NCBI GenBank assembly: GCA_903813345.2
Contig: CAIIXF020000001.1
Location: 40,982,001 to 41,046,000, forward strand
Length of the DNA: 64,000 nt
DNA from: Owenia fusiformis
Lineage: Eukaryota
Reading direction: 5' to 3'
The notes beneath the pieces were generated by a model, which ran no database searches, was not told where the DNA came from, and saw nothing but the letters and a program-made list of their open reading frames with translations. Every line of letters starts with the position of its first letter. Within the stretch, counting starts at the first letter, position 1. The position numbers and the translations under genes are program-made. This document shows, in pieces, positions 25,746-39,437 of the stretch.

Positions 25746-26232
25746 AGCTCACATGACAGATGGCTTGAAATAATTTTGTAACAAAAAATCAGCAAAAAAT
25801 TATATCCATTTTTTTCTGTCACCATGTGAGCCCAGTACCCATGGTACTAATTTTTTATGCTGGGCTGGGTTTATCTGATTGTATAAGATGATGTTTTGTC
25901 CTGATTGATTGTGCTGTACTTATTTTATTATTATGTTGGTGACATATCCAACTTTTTGTGTTTGGTGGTTGGTGTTCGGCAGATGGTGTTCAGTGTCTGT
26001 AACAAATAGCAGGTAGTGACTTTTTGCATGTAATGCCTCGTTATTTTTATTTTATGCAAGACTAATAGCATTCTTAAATTAAACCACAGCCAGTGTGATG
26101 GCAGTTAAATTTGTGAATGGTACCTGAGTCCGTCTGATATCCTGAATGTGATAAGATGAAAAAATAGTAGTCATAAGTAGATTAATACAATGTAAATGTA
26201 ATGTAAAACATAATGCTACTTTCACTTTCGAT

Positions 26233-26536
26233 CAAGGAGGATTGGCTCCCAGAATCGAAGTCGATATTTTCCAACAATGAAAACGCCGAAATGTCGTTAT
26301 TTTCTGAAATTATAACCGATTATAAATTCAAAATAAACAGTTCAAAATATTCGAACCAATATCTCGATCATTTCTTGTGAGTTTTGGAATTTTTCGTTGG
26401 GATATAAGACCAAAATTCACGATTCAAATGTTGAAGTGAACAAAATGGCGGTCGTTGGAATTCAAATTTTGTAGCACGACATGCCCATATATGGGGCAGA
26501 ATATCGATGTTGCACTCTGGGAGCCAATCCTCCTTG
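26233..26536. mobile_element. MITE with CAAGG...CCTTG termini and 8-bp TSD CTTTCGAT (P- or hAT-type)
   Basis: TIRs are CAAGGAGGATTGGCTCCCAGA and TCTGGGAGCCAATCCTCCTTG. CTTTCGAT lies at 26225-26232 and 26537-26544. Confidence 0.85.
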
Positions 26537-26614
26537 CTTTCGATATTACATGTACTTCTTCTGGCCAATTAAATCATCTAAAAGAATTCAGTCCGTAATA
26601 AATTAAAATAAATC

Positions 26615-29600
26615 ATGTTTTCCAGAATCTGTCTAAGTTGTCGGATTTTGCAGGTATTTCAGGTTATTTAGTCTATTTTTATTCACGTAGAGAGTAATTT
26701 CATTTGATCGTCGTATTATCATGGTAAACCTATTCTCAACCGTTCACTGCATGTATCTTTACAACGGATGTTTAAAATATTTCACATATTATCGCCCACC
26801 AAATTCAGAATAATATTTTACTCAGTCCGTTTGTTAAGAACATCCGAGTGTGACCTCATCGGTTTCTTCACCATTATAAGAACACGGGGAAGTTGAATCC
26901 TAAATGAAGATTGTCAAAATAAGTAAGGTCCTGCTCTGTTATCCCGTTCCCGGACTATAGTCCTGCACTGAGCGCATTCATTTGCCTGTACGATTACAAC
27001 TTGGGAGAATTATCTACGCCCCTTACACTTAAGATACCTACCTCAATGCATTATAGAACTCAAAATGTAACTTCTAATATATTGGAACCGCCGATTGTCT
27101 GGGTATATCGGCAGAACGGGAACATTTTCTCTTTTTCATCGAGTGAGATTCCATCACTTTTCAAAATGGCGGTTGGATTTAAAAGGGGAATCCCCCGTTT
27201 GGCTGTCCCGGATGTAGCCCGGAAGTACCAATATGGAGGAATTTGACGGTTGAAATAAGTTAAATGTTACACGCAAATATTGCGATCAAAAACGAAAATG
27301 TCTTCGTTCTGCCGATAAACCCAGACAATTGTGGATTCAACTACACGAAAAGAATGCTAAATTACCAAGGAATCTATTGAAGTAGGTATCTGAAGTGTAA
27401 GATGAGTAAAAAATTCTCCCATGTTGTAATCGCACAGGCAAAAGATTGAGATGTTCACAGGACCATAGTCCGGGAACGGGATAACTGCTCTGTTTCTCTA
27501 AACTAACACTCGTTTATAATTCTATCTTGCGGAACTCAAATTGCTACATGTACCTGTAAACCTCTGAACTCTGCGATATTGTAGTCAGTGAGAATCTCCA
27601 TGATTTATCCAAGTTGCATTGCAATTCGGGTAAAATTTGTCCTAAAGATTGTAGGAATTCACCAATGTTCGGATAAATTCTAAGATAATCCCACAATGCA
27701 TCATTACCATGACAAAATTTATCCAGATCGGGTCAGGGATTGTATGATTTCACAGCCGATGGTCAAGAAAGTTTGTAAAATTTATTGAAAAAACATTAAC
27801 AAATTATAGTTTGAAATGCTAAGAATGCACCATACTCAATGTCTATTTTGAAAAAATTTTGGGGCTGAACTCCCTTACCCCTTTTTTGCTTCGCTGCCAT
27901 GTTTGCTTCACTTGCAGAGATGCAAACCCATAAAATCGCACCCCTTTGACATTTGCTGGCTACGCCCTTGTGTTTATATACTATGGGGCAAAAAGCTACA
28001 AATAAACAACTTTGATTTAACAAATAAGCAATCACAGAACCATGTGTTGCAAGATTACTGTATATGGACAAATAGAAACATATGTACATGGCCTAACTTT
28101 TGTATATTTCAGATAGTTAGATATATTTTGCAGCAAAGGCGTTGCCTTTTGTAATTTAGGGAGTCTCGGCTAGTGTTAATTTTCTAAATAACATGACAGA
28201 GAAGCATCAAAATATAAGAGGCCACACATATGATAGCCAAACTACAAAACAAAATTCAAAATATATGCAATGTGCAATCCTTTGATTGCTTATTTATTAT
28301 GTATGGATTTTCAGGTGAACTCTAAAAATTATCCGGGTGCTTTATATAGACTTCAAGATGCATCATTCAACACAGATTCTACTCTTCAATCTCAAAGGAA
28401 TACACACAAAAGATTTAGAATTCTTAGACGACTGAAAATCATGGTAATTATCTTTGATAAGATCATATTCATGAAACCACTATGTGGACATTGCTGGTAC
28501 CTACATGTTAGTGAGTATAAATAATTCACTAAATTTAATGACATCAAGCAAAATCTGTTTAATATTATTGTATACAATCCATCTCATCAAGTTTTATGTT
28601 TCATGCAATTGATGCTGCAAAAGTTAGAATCGAAAAGACCGTTACTTGTTTACTTTAGGGTTTACTGGACTCGGCATAGAGTAATTAGGAATATCATTAG
28701 AATGTAACAACGTAATGTGATATTTTTGTTCTTATAATAGGGCCCACCTCGGAAAGACTTTCCAAATTTTGAGGAGATGCGTGAGAAGCAGAAAATGACA
28801 CCAGCTGAACAGAGACAGGACATGAAGAAAGATGGTAGAATGCCACCAAGGTCAGACAGAGTGCGGCCCATCAATATATCATGTACAGGTTAGACGAACA
28901 CTGTATAAGTTTAAAGTAAAAATAGTGGGTGGCCAGAAAAGTCATTGATCATAATACTCTAAAACATTACGTAGCACATATATTTTGAGCACATTGCTAA
29001 TAAATGGGTTTAAAATATGGCCATATTAAATGGTGTTACCATGGTCTATTGACATTTAGGGAGCAAAGAGGAGTAACTGTCCATTGCATTTTAAACATTT
29101 CTTTTTGGTATTTAACAGGAACTTAAAGAGGCTCTATGCCATAGGATAGCACAATCAAGACCCCTTTGGACTTTTTTGCATGTTGAGTTTCACCACATAC
29201 CCATCTACTTACCAAAGAAGAAGTCCCAAATCCCCCTCTTTCAGTGTTAATTTTGCGATTGTGCTGGCTGATCTAATTATTTTCGAAGAAATTAATTCAA
29301 TCTGAAGTTTGAATATACCTGGAAAGTCCTCCTGTTATCTGATTGGTCGTTTTAATTTGTTTTACATAAACCTGATTGGCTGCCTGGTTCAAGGCGCTTG
29401 TGGGCGCTAGTGTGACTCAATGGGGATTCCCCTCGCTAGCCGAGGAATCGATTGTGTTTAATTTTGGAGTTTGGTTGTTGTGTTGATTATCTCTGATATT
29501 TCAGCAATAATATACCCAAAAGTTATTCTCAAGATATATAGCCATGGTATGTGAGATATTATACGAGCAATAACAATAGGACATCATTGATTGTCTGGGG

Positions 29601-32600
29601 AGAAACCTATGGCATAATGCATCTTTAATTACTGTATACAAATTACATAAAGAACAATAAAAATAAATTACAATAACAACATACACATTTATTAAATTAG
29701 TATAAAACATCATGCTTGACATACACATATTTTTCATTCATACAAGTACATTCAATCTTTCATTCAGTTACAAATCATGTTTTGATGTTTTGACTTTGCC
29801 ATAGGTAAACAAAAGTGGCTTCTGTCTCAAAACATCATACTCAAATGTTTTCATATGAAATTACACCCGTGAAAAATCTATATCTGTAATTTTTTCTTTA
29901 TCACATATTGTTTTGGCTTCAGAGTTTGTAAAACCAACATTTTCATGAGCCACATTTGTTATAACAGTGTTATCATGGATATTTAAATCAACAACAGTAT
30001 TGTCCTGAGCATTATTGTCCTCACACCACACTGTATGGAGAAGAATCTCCAGAGTGAAATAACATATCATAACAACTATAAGCAGTCCAAGGTTGATATA
30101 TGCTTTTACCCAAACACACAAGAATCCATTGATAGCAAAGGAGAATGCGAATCCAAATGACTGCCACATATTTCTGATGATGAAGCTGCTCTTGAGATCC
30201 TCTGGACAAAGTCTTGCAATAAGCACTGGAAATAAAAGATAATTCATGATATTATTACATAGTAGCAGAGGCAGAACAAGTCTTCCCTTTTGTTTTTCCT
30301 AATAACTTCTCAATAGAAAATTCTCAATAGAATTTCATGAATTTTTTTTAGGATGAACCTAAAAGCATTCTAAACTTACAAATTATTTTATTATGATAAC
30401 AGACAATTAACAAACCCTTTGAAAAGGCAGCAAAAAAGTTAATGTTATAAAAATTGTTCATTGATGAGATGTTAATACCAGGGCATAAAATGAGAGGGAA
30501 GCAGAAGAATGCTACAAACTATGAAGATGAATATGCAAATGATTTGGCACAATTTAGTTTGGCGAATTGGGCAAAATTGGAAAATTGGCGAAGATTTAAT
30601 TTGGCAAATTAAGTAGCCTAAGGATAAATATGAAAAATAAAATTGCCAAATTCAACAGGAGTGAACCTGAGTTCCGAATTAACCATCGTCATAAAAATAA
30701 GCAAGGTGGATAAAAATTGAAAAAAGAATGCCAATTTTGCGAATAAAATTGAAGCGACATGCATTCAGAAAATGATTGGAATTTGTTTTATTTTGATGGG
30801 CAATAATAGAGTAAGCACAATAAAATCAATCGCTGTACGAAAAAATTCGCCCAAATAAAATCGCTTGACAAATTAAGTTGACAACAGTAAAAGGTTACTC
30901 ACCATTCTCTTGTGTTTGGCAAATAGAGTGAGCTACCCCATAGAAACCAGGTAAGGCAAAGAACAACCAGTATTGGTCCGTTGATGGTTCCCACATCAAC
31001 ATAACTAACGTGCTGATAGCATTCATCACCATGGCAACTGTGACAAGTACATATGATGGTAGCCATTTTGAGAGAAGTCCAAATAATGGTGCTGTGAGTG
31101 TGTTGCAGATTGCCAGGCATAACATAGACATCCCGATATAGCCAATGCCCAATTCACAGCTCACATAGGCCTATAATATATTAGAAATCATAAATTGTAA
31201 AAAATTAAAGCTTTTCTTGGTTTTAAATGACATGTCAGGGTTGATTAGCAAGTAATGAAGTGAAGATGATTGACATTAGGGGGGAATTTCTAAGTGTGTT
31301 CCTTTAATACTGTGTGCTTTTCCTTTAGCCATTGTACTTAGATATTTTGACATTCTGCATTTTTCTAAAGCATTCTCATTCTGGCTCAAAAGATTTAAGT
31401 TAAATTATCATTGAATTTTATCTAAATTATTCATCATAGAATGACAGACTTTATTACATACCTGATTGAAGTCTCCGAGGATGAGAGAGTTCCTGACTCC
31501 AGTGAATATGAGCATCGGGGTCAGTAGGCACAGCTTTAGACTTCTGTGTTGCTTGAATAACTGGACCAGTCTGTCTGACATCTTCGCATTCTCATCAGCT
31601 TTTAGTTTTGGTGCATCAAGCAGGATGATCAAGAGAAACGCAAGCCCCGTTAGGCCCAGGAATGCACCAACCAGGATGTAGATGCTCTGTTCAGATGGTC
31701 GGATTATGTTTGTGTTATTTAAATTTGAATTTGGACAGAATTCAGCTCCACAAACATCTTTATGCACAAAACCAGTTTCATTTATGTGTGCAAGTTCATC
31801 TTCATCTTCAATTGGAGCAAGGTTTGCGTTCATGAGAATATTGGATGATATAAGCTCACCCCAAATTCGCCCACTGTTGAATATACCAAGAAAAGCCCCA
31901 AAGAATAAATCAATGGTTGGTTGAATGTTCTCACGTTTCATAAAATGGGCATAATCAGTGGCTATCGAAGTCAACAATGTCCCAAATGCAGCCCATGCTA
32001 GACTAAAGCCTGCCCCCATTAACATGCCAGCTGGTATCAGAGTGAACCAGGCGGCATAGGAATTAGCAAGATAGTACAGCAGCACACAGCACCAAGCCAA
32101 CATCATTGTCCTCTTTTCTCCTATGTAACCAAGCACGGTGGGAGATACAATCAGACTGCAGATGATACTAGTGGCATGACATGTTGCAATTGTAGCTACA
32201 CCAAGGCCCCCCTCGCTGTTCAAGCTACTCTGAAGCGATTCAAGGGAATTCTGGGGTAGCAGCATTAATGTGAAGGCAAATGAAAAACAGAAGAAGTTTT
32301 TCAGAATTCTCCATCTTCCCTTTTCTTCTGGTCCCTCTTGAAGTTCGCCTTCATCGATCTTACCAAAGCGCTGTGGTGAGATGATGCTCTGCTGACTAAC
32401 AGTTTTCTCTCTGAAATTCTCTGAGACTGCGTAGATTTTCATCTTGTCGAAAGTCTTTGTATTTGTGAATGTTGAGCCTGATACAGACAAATGTGCTGTG
32501 TGCTGCATTCTGTCGAATGATCACACACAGATCTTGTTTCTCTTTTATACTCCATATTTCTATGTGCGTTTAATCAGTACATCTGTAGAAACTAAATTGC

Positions 32601-35600
32601 TTCTTTACCCCCACGTGGAGTCACGCATGTACCTTTATCATTATTTATTGAACAACCTTCATATTTGACTATTGTCTTAATTATCAAAGCTTAGAGCCAG
32701 TTTTTTCCAGTCTCTCAGACTGGATTCTGCACTGCACCAATGTTGCCGTCCCATAGACAGCTGTGCTGTCACATATCTTGAAATAAATGTCCTGGGGACA
32801 TGTACCTCAAATTTGAACTAACACACACTTTGGAATAACAGAACACTTGAAATTAAACCTTTAATAGCCATTTATTGTTTTATGATGTGTCCGCAGCTAG
32901 ATTTGTCCAGTTTTGGTAGTTAATTTAGAGACACTAAAGTTTGATAACAGCTCTTGTCTCAAGACTTCAAACCAGAACTAACCAGCCTTTTAGTGTATGT
33001 CATACAATGTGATGTTGTCAAAGTACACCAGGTACTTTAGGTCATCTTTTCCTCTTGCCTGACCTGATGGTTTACCTGGGACTTATGTTCAAGTGTTTTA
33101 TTATTGCGTTTGATGTATATTACAGGGTAACCCCCCAAAAAATATAACTCATTTCTGGAATTACTTTATCAAAATTAGGAATTCACCCTTTTTTTCTCGT
33201 GAAGATAAAATGTTAAGGTGGTGATGTAATCATGTGGCATCTATATCTGAGGTTTAAGATCAACTTTTCTCAATCTTATATAGATCCTACAATATGAATC
33301 AAATACTATTTTGATCATGAGTAGCAATTTTTGTGGTCATCATATACCTTATTCAAATATAAAGGGAACTGGCATGTTTGTCATCTGTAACCTTATAAAT
33401 ATAAGTTTTATTTTTAAATTTAGAAATATTAAATTTGTTTTGGAAAATATGAACTTTCATTTGGAATTCATATAGATTTATCTTGATACATCAATAACAA
33501 AGATATCTCAAAAATTGGGAACAGTTATAACTGTGTAAATAAAATGTATTTTGGAAATATTAAGAAAATATGCAACATTACATGTAATAAATCAATTTGA
33601 AATAATTAGTGACATTTGATATTATCTTGTCCAATGGGGAAAAAGCTGGAAAATATATGCGTAAATTTCCTTTTATGTTTCAGGAGTGATTATAGATCAA
33701 TATGTGCCACCTGAGGGGGATGGGAAAATGTCCTCAATATCAGGGGAGGTATGTATCATCAACCTCAATATCATTTATTTGACTCTCACTATGGTAACAA
33801 TTGCTAATGGATAGCTAGCCACTAGTGGTGGGATAATTACCCACTTACTCACACATTGACTCACAGACACCCCACGAGTTACTGTCTCAAGTTGGCTCGT
33901 GACTACCGGAAGTAGAATTTGCTCATATCTGAGGTGAGCTGGTAGTGTTGCAGGTCCTGCGACTTCATACGTCATAATATACGAAGAAGAATACAAAATA
34001 AAACTGTGATTTTTGTTTTTATTCTTTGTTCTGCGAGTTCTGACACAAGTTTGGTTTTGAGTGTGAGTCCCACCACTACTAGCTACTTTATCTGTAGATA
34101 TGGTTTGACCATGCTAAATATATACATGTGACAATATTAAAAAATAAAGAGATTAATTTGTTCAACATACAAAATAGTTCTATGGTATTTTCTCGAAAAA
34201 AAAACTATGTTGGTAATTCATACTACATGTACCAGGTATGTACTAGGTATTAGCAACAGAGCAGATCAAGAATTCTGCAGTGTAACTTAAGATAACAAAT
34301 CTTAATTCACATTTTGAACCCTTGAACCCAGTAAAAGGAGATAAAAAATTGTTAACATGATATAGAAGAGGTTTGTATTACAATAATATATAATAAAAAA
34401 ATGATAAAAGGACAAGCTTAAATAAAAATGCCTGTTAGTGGATACTTATGAATGATGCATCATTTAAGGAAAAGTCTGTGTAGAAAGCATTTATTACATT
34501 TTATTACATATTGATCATGTTTTGAATATGTCCCATACCTTTCTTATTGTACTTTAAAAAGTGCTATATTGTCATCATCGTGTGGTGTGTGCCATATACA
34601 AAACGCCATATACGCCATATGTAAATCTTGTCATCAAAAGTATAGCAAAACTGCTTATCTTGAACTATAACTAACTTGAAATATTTACAGATGCAATAGC
34701 AGACTATTGTCAAGATCTTATAAGGGTTTTGAGCTAATTAAAAAAAGTTGCAAATTACATGGTGGCAGTTGTGCTCTCCAGTGTGATATTTATCATTATT
34801 TGCATTGTTTAATAGGGAGCCAAGCAGAGGCTGAAAGAATTTGGCAAAAAGGGACAGTCTTATATGCAGTTGCGGAAAATTAAGCAGTTTGATGAAGACT
34901 TTGAAGTGAAAGAGTTTGCTCAGACAGCCCAGGAAATGTATATAGAGGCTCAGAACCTTCTGCAAGAGTAAGGACCAATCTTAAATATCTAAGCTTGTGG
35001 AGAGAGAGAATGTGGCTGATAATTAGGGGTGGGACGGATAACCGAAATACCGAAAAACCGCGGCTCATAGCCTTCGGATCAGTTTTCGGATCACGGCCCT
35101 ACTTTCGGATCAGCTTTTCGGATCGTTTTCGGATTAATATTTCATTGGTCAAGTATCAATAAAACAGTTAAAAACACTGTTTTACAGCAACATTTTTGAT
35201 ATTCCTAGTCCCTACCTTGTCTGTCTTGTCTGTTGCTAGCTCACTCGTTTACTAGATTCATTTGGTATCCGCGTATTCGTATCCCTCGGTATGCTCATTA
35301 AGGAAAACACATCACAGAATAAAGGTTTCTACAAGCATAAATTAGTTATTTTATTGGTTGTATTAAAAGAAAGTGACAGTCAGCAGTGAAGTCAGAGACA
35401 AAGCAGCTAATCATGTCAATCAATACAAATCCTTAAAATGAATGAACCGAACCGAAAAAACCGAACCGACGGCTGATGATCCGAAAAACCAAACCGAACC
35501 GAAACGAACCGTCCCATCCCTACTGATAATGAACAAAGGGCGAAATAAAATATACTAGAATCATGCTTCAAATACCCTATCTTAAACATTATTAGTTTAA

Positions 35601-37562
35601 CATGCAATAGGTGTGGGAGGAGAAATATACTCCATTTATTTTAACCTGAAAAATTACCAATGCTATTTCCTATTCACTAACCAATATGCTATTTAGTCTC
35701 CCAAATAGAAAAATCACACTGTTATACTATATAATGAAAGTAAATGTAGATAAAGGAAAAAAATATGTTTGAAATATCAAAAATTTATGTATAAATGCTT
35801 TTGTGTTTTCAAATACACATGTACTTGACTTCTGCTTGTATTTGCAGTGTTGAGAAGAATGAAGACAAACTACATGAGCTTTGTAGTGAAAAGGCATACC
35901 CTGTAAGTTTAAAATCAAATCATTGTTTAAAATGGCTCAACTCTGATCTGCATTATTATTTAAAATATTCAGAATTAATAGAACTGCAGCCTCTTATACA
36001 TATCTTTTTCTATAAAGCGTTGACAATTTCAAAAAAGGATTGTTCTGTAACATGTCATGGGCGTTGCTAGGTATGAAGCAAGCATTTTATAAATGTATTT
36101 TTCAGCTGTTATGTTTTCAATTAAAAGTCAACTAAAACTGTAAAAATGAAGTCAAAAAGTAGCAATATACTTGCTTTAGTGTCAATTTGCCTCACCTATT
36201 TACATTTGCCTCCCCAAATTATTTATCCTGACTACGCCACTGCATTTGCCTCGATTTTACTTTGGAGTAGGATTCGAGTTGAGGTTAATTTGATTTGCAA
36301 CTGTCATGCACAGCAGATAAATGAGCAATACTCATATAGATATATTTTGATTCATATTTGCAGGAAATGACATATATGCTGGAAGAAAAAACATTCAGGT
36401 GGCGATTTTTAGAGTCGGTGGAGCCCCCTAGGGTTGTCTATGTGCGCACCCAGGATATGATGTCTAAAGAGAATCAGTATGCACAAGTCACAGTCAGGAT
36501 GCATTTAAAACAGGTAGGTATTTATTGAATATCCTCCATTTGGGACTGAGTCAAAATATTGATTCAAAAAGAGCAGAGGATACAAATTCTATTAATGTTT
36601 TTTGATCAATGTACATTGATTTTTAAAGAGGGGCATGGGGTATAAGTAGGAGGCAGATTAATGGAACGAATTTTTGATATATTCGCAAAGCTTATTAATT
36701 TTTTTCCATATTAATAGAGAAATTGGTGTGATGTGACATTTAAAACAACTAGTAATATTTTTCCAATTTAAAAGTCCTCAATCAAAATGGAGTATTCAGC
36801 AGTGTTGTTAATTATTAAACTTACCAATCCTGACTTTTTGTACCATATTAGAGTATGGATGTAACCTGATATTTTAATGGGAGTTGCTAGCAAGTTTGAA
36901 ATCCCCATTTAAAGGGAATCAACTTTTAATGTGAGAGAAATCAATTAATGTGCAACAAAATTATTTACTAGAAAGGGAGGGTGTGACTCCTAAATTTTAT
37001 CAATTACGCCTCAGGTCGTAATGCCATACTAGTTTAGTAATGACAAGGCTAGTATGACGATACATCCCCAACTTCATCACATAACATGTAGTTTTACATC
37101 AACTTTTGAATTGATCAAAATTGATGAAATCATGGGCTTTCAATAGATCTATTGACAGATTGAGTGCCCATGATTAAATTCATAGGTTTTTATATTCAAA
37201 TTATGAAACTTCCTGCATATGAATATAAAAAAATATGATATGAATAAATATGAATATTATCCTTTATTTTTCGATCTTTCCAGACACTTGCTGTGTATGA
37301 CAGGTTTGGTCGGCGGATGTATGGAAGTGAGAACATTGCCAGAGACATGGTCGAGTATATTGTCTTTGAGAAACATTTATCAAACCTTTATGGAATTTGG
37401 CGAGTACATGGGAAAATTGTACCAGATTGGATGCCAGTGAGTGAACCTGTGATAAGGACATATAGGAAGAAAGAATTTGAGGAGATAGTTGAAGAAACTG
37501 AAGACTCCACTGATAAAGAAGTGGTCTCAAAGGATGATAATCCAACTGTAGCCACTGCTTGA
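26615..37562 (+). CDS. MRPL45: Mitochondrial ribosomal protein L45 (mL45, Tim44-like), about 338 aa. Exons 26615-26653, 28315-28443, 28741-28888, 33684-33748, 34816-34967, 35848-35902, 36364-36513, 37284-37562
   Basis: In-phase GT-AG exons give ...[27 protein letters not shown]...[15 protein letters not shown]...[61 protein letters not shown], matching recalled mL45 motifs. The first exon ([13 protein letters not shown], presequence-like) is less certain. Confidence 0.93.
26938..27485. mobile_element. Foldback MITE in MRPL45 intron 1 with apparent 6-bp TSD TGCTCT
   Basis: GTTATCCCGTTCCCGGAC ... GTCCGGGAACGGGATAAC, with arms pairing for about 200 bp. TGCTCT lies at 26932-26937 and 27486-27491. 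Confidence 0.8.
29127..29624. mobile_element. Kolobok-like MITE (TTAA TSD, AG...CT termini)
   Basis: TTAA|AGAGGCTCTATGCCATAGG ... CCTATGGCATAATGCATCT|TTAA. Confidence 0.65.
29861..32508 (-). CDS. UNC-93-like major facilitator superfamily membrane protein, about 559 aa. Exons 32508-31462, 31170-30903, 30225-29861; nested in MRPL45 intron 3
   Basis: UNC-93 family motifs: [14 protein letters not shown]...[78 protein letters not shown]. It has many hydrophobic segments, and the splice phases (0, 1) are consistent. Confidence 0.9.
33809..34093. mobile_element. Probable degenerate MITE
   Basis: Imperfect TIRs TAGCTAGCCACTAGTGGTGGGA and TCCCACCACTACTAGCTA. No TSD read. Confidence 0.4.
35024..35522. 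mobile_element. hAT-type MITE, TAGGG termini, 8-bp TSD CTGATAAT
   Basis: TAGGGGTGGGACGG ... CCGTCCCATCCCTA, with CTGATAAT at 35016-35023 and 35523-35530 and subterminal ACCGA/TCGG repeats. Confidence 0.88.
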
Positions 37563-37785
37563 TTGAAATATTCTAAAGTGAAGAAAGTACCCAATTTTGC
37601 AAGCAATTCTGAAGCATTTATTATAGTATTCATGTACAATGATATTCATGGACTCAAAGGATTATTCACATATAATATGTCTGAATAGCAGAATGGGAAT
37701 ATGAAGATTCCTTTGTATGGTCCTTGTACATGTATTTGAATGAGCGCCAGATGAAGGTGTTGGGTGTCCTTGTACTGCCACAAAG

Positions 37786-37791
37786 AATAAA
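37786..37791 (+). terminator. Candidate polyadenylation signal of MRPL45
   Basis: AATAAA about 225 nt after the stop codon, followed by T-rich sequence. Confidence 0.5.
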
Positions 37792-39437
37792 AATAGTTTA
37801 CAATTGACTAATAAGAAAAATATATTTTATTGTTTTCTGAATTATACATGAAATACAGTACATATTTTTTAATTCACAAAGTTGATCCCTCTAATATGTA
37901 CAATAACAATACAGAGTGAAAAGTATTTACCATTATGCTGGTATTTCAAAATGAAGCTTAAATGTGCAATCCCTTTAAAGCTGATCTTGATATGCCCCGA
38001 TTCTTTAAAATCCATAATAGCTTGCAATTGAAGGCCATTGAATTAAAACGTTGATACATGCTTTTTCTGTAAATATCAATCTTGAAGCACATGGTACAGA
38101 TGATCTTTAGTACCGGTTCATATTTCTGTATACTATGGCTTATGTCTATCTGTCCTTCTGTGTTTCGGATTGGTCCATCAATTAGTAGAACCTTGAATAT
38201 ATTTACACTTAGCCCATATTAAAATATTGTTAAAAACAATACAAGTAAACATTTAAAGTATCTTAAGTAAGATAAGTTATATTTCATTGAAATGCAAAAA
38301 ATGATAAAAGCATCTATAGCATGAACATCCGTGTTTTCTGCAGTTCTGCTAGGTGCAAGTTAATTTAAATTGTATCGTTTAGAGATGACTGGTTTACACC
38401 CAATCTCAGTGAGGAAAGGAGGTGAGGGTGTCATGGTATGTGCAACAACCTATCTACTGTAGTACTAGTACATGTAATACCTAAAATTCAATTTTTAAAT
38501 GAAATTAAATAAATTTATAACATACTTAAATCTTCATAATAAAGAATCACTCTCATATGACTTGGCAGAGAAATTGATTTTGGTTAAGTATGTTATAAAT
38601 ACATCAAGTAGTGCAAAAATACGATTTATTTTAAAAACCTTAAAAATAAATGATACATAATTTCATAATAATGCAGATTAAAATCAATGAGGAAATATCA
38701 CTGCATTTCTTCACAATATCAAATTGCAGAAATATCTGTTACCAGTTTTATGAACCAAACATTCAAAATTTTCAAGCCTGACTTGGGACAAAATTTCCTC
38801 AAAACTGATTGGTTAACAGGCAAAAATGCATATAAAAACCTCATTTTACTTAAAACTCATAGGTACCATATACATGTATATATTTATAATATATTGTACT
38901 AAAAACAAAATGATGACTTTATGTACTAGGTACATGTAATCTATAAAATACTGTACTGAACATCTGCCTTGATTAGTCTTCAGTAAGAGCAAAGCAAGTA
39001 ACTAAAAGCTAAACAGACTGGAGGTGAATGCAGCTTATTCCTAACGTTTTTAAGAAACCAGATGTATTCATACATTCATTTAAATCTTCATACATTCATT
39101 TAAATCTATCTCATTCAAGGTTTGTTGCTTCTAATTATTGCACCAGTCAAAACTACAAAGAAACAATGGCATTCATAATGGTTTGCTTATGTTGAAACTT
39201 TTAAGTGATCTAACTAAATTTTGATATTGTTTCTAGGCAAGGCAGGGTGACTTGAAAATGGGCTTAGCATCTCACTAATTGCAACAGTTTCTAGATTCAT
39301 TTTATTTACAGTTGATGGCTTTTGTATTTCATCACAAAGTACAAGATGCCAAGTAGAAAAGTGCTGGTTTTGTAAAAGATCGTTGGTCTCCATTTATCCT
39401 GTATTTTCTCTATCTTAAAATTATAGAGCTTCACTTC

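Noticed and set aside
26445..26474. AAAATGGCG as the MRPL45 start codon
   Set aside because: An in-frame TAG follows within ten codons, and it lies inside a MITE.
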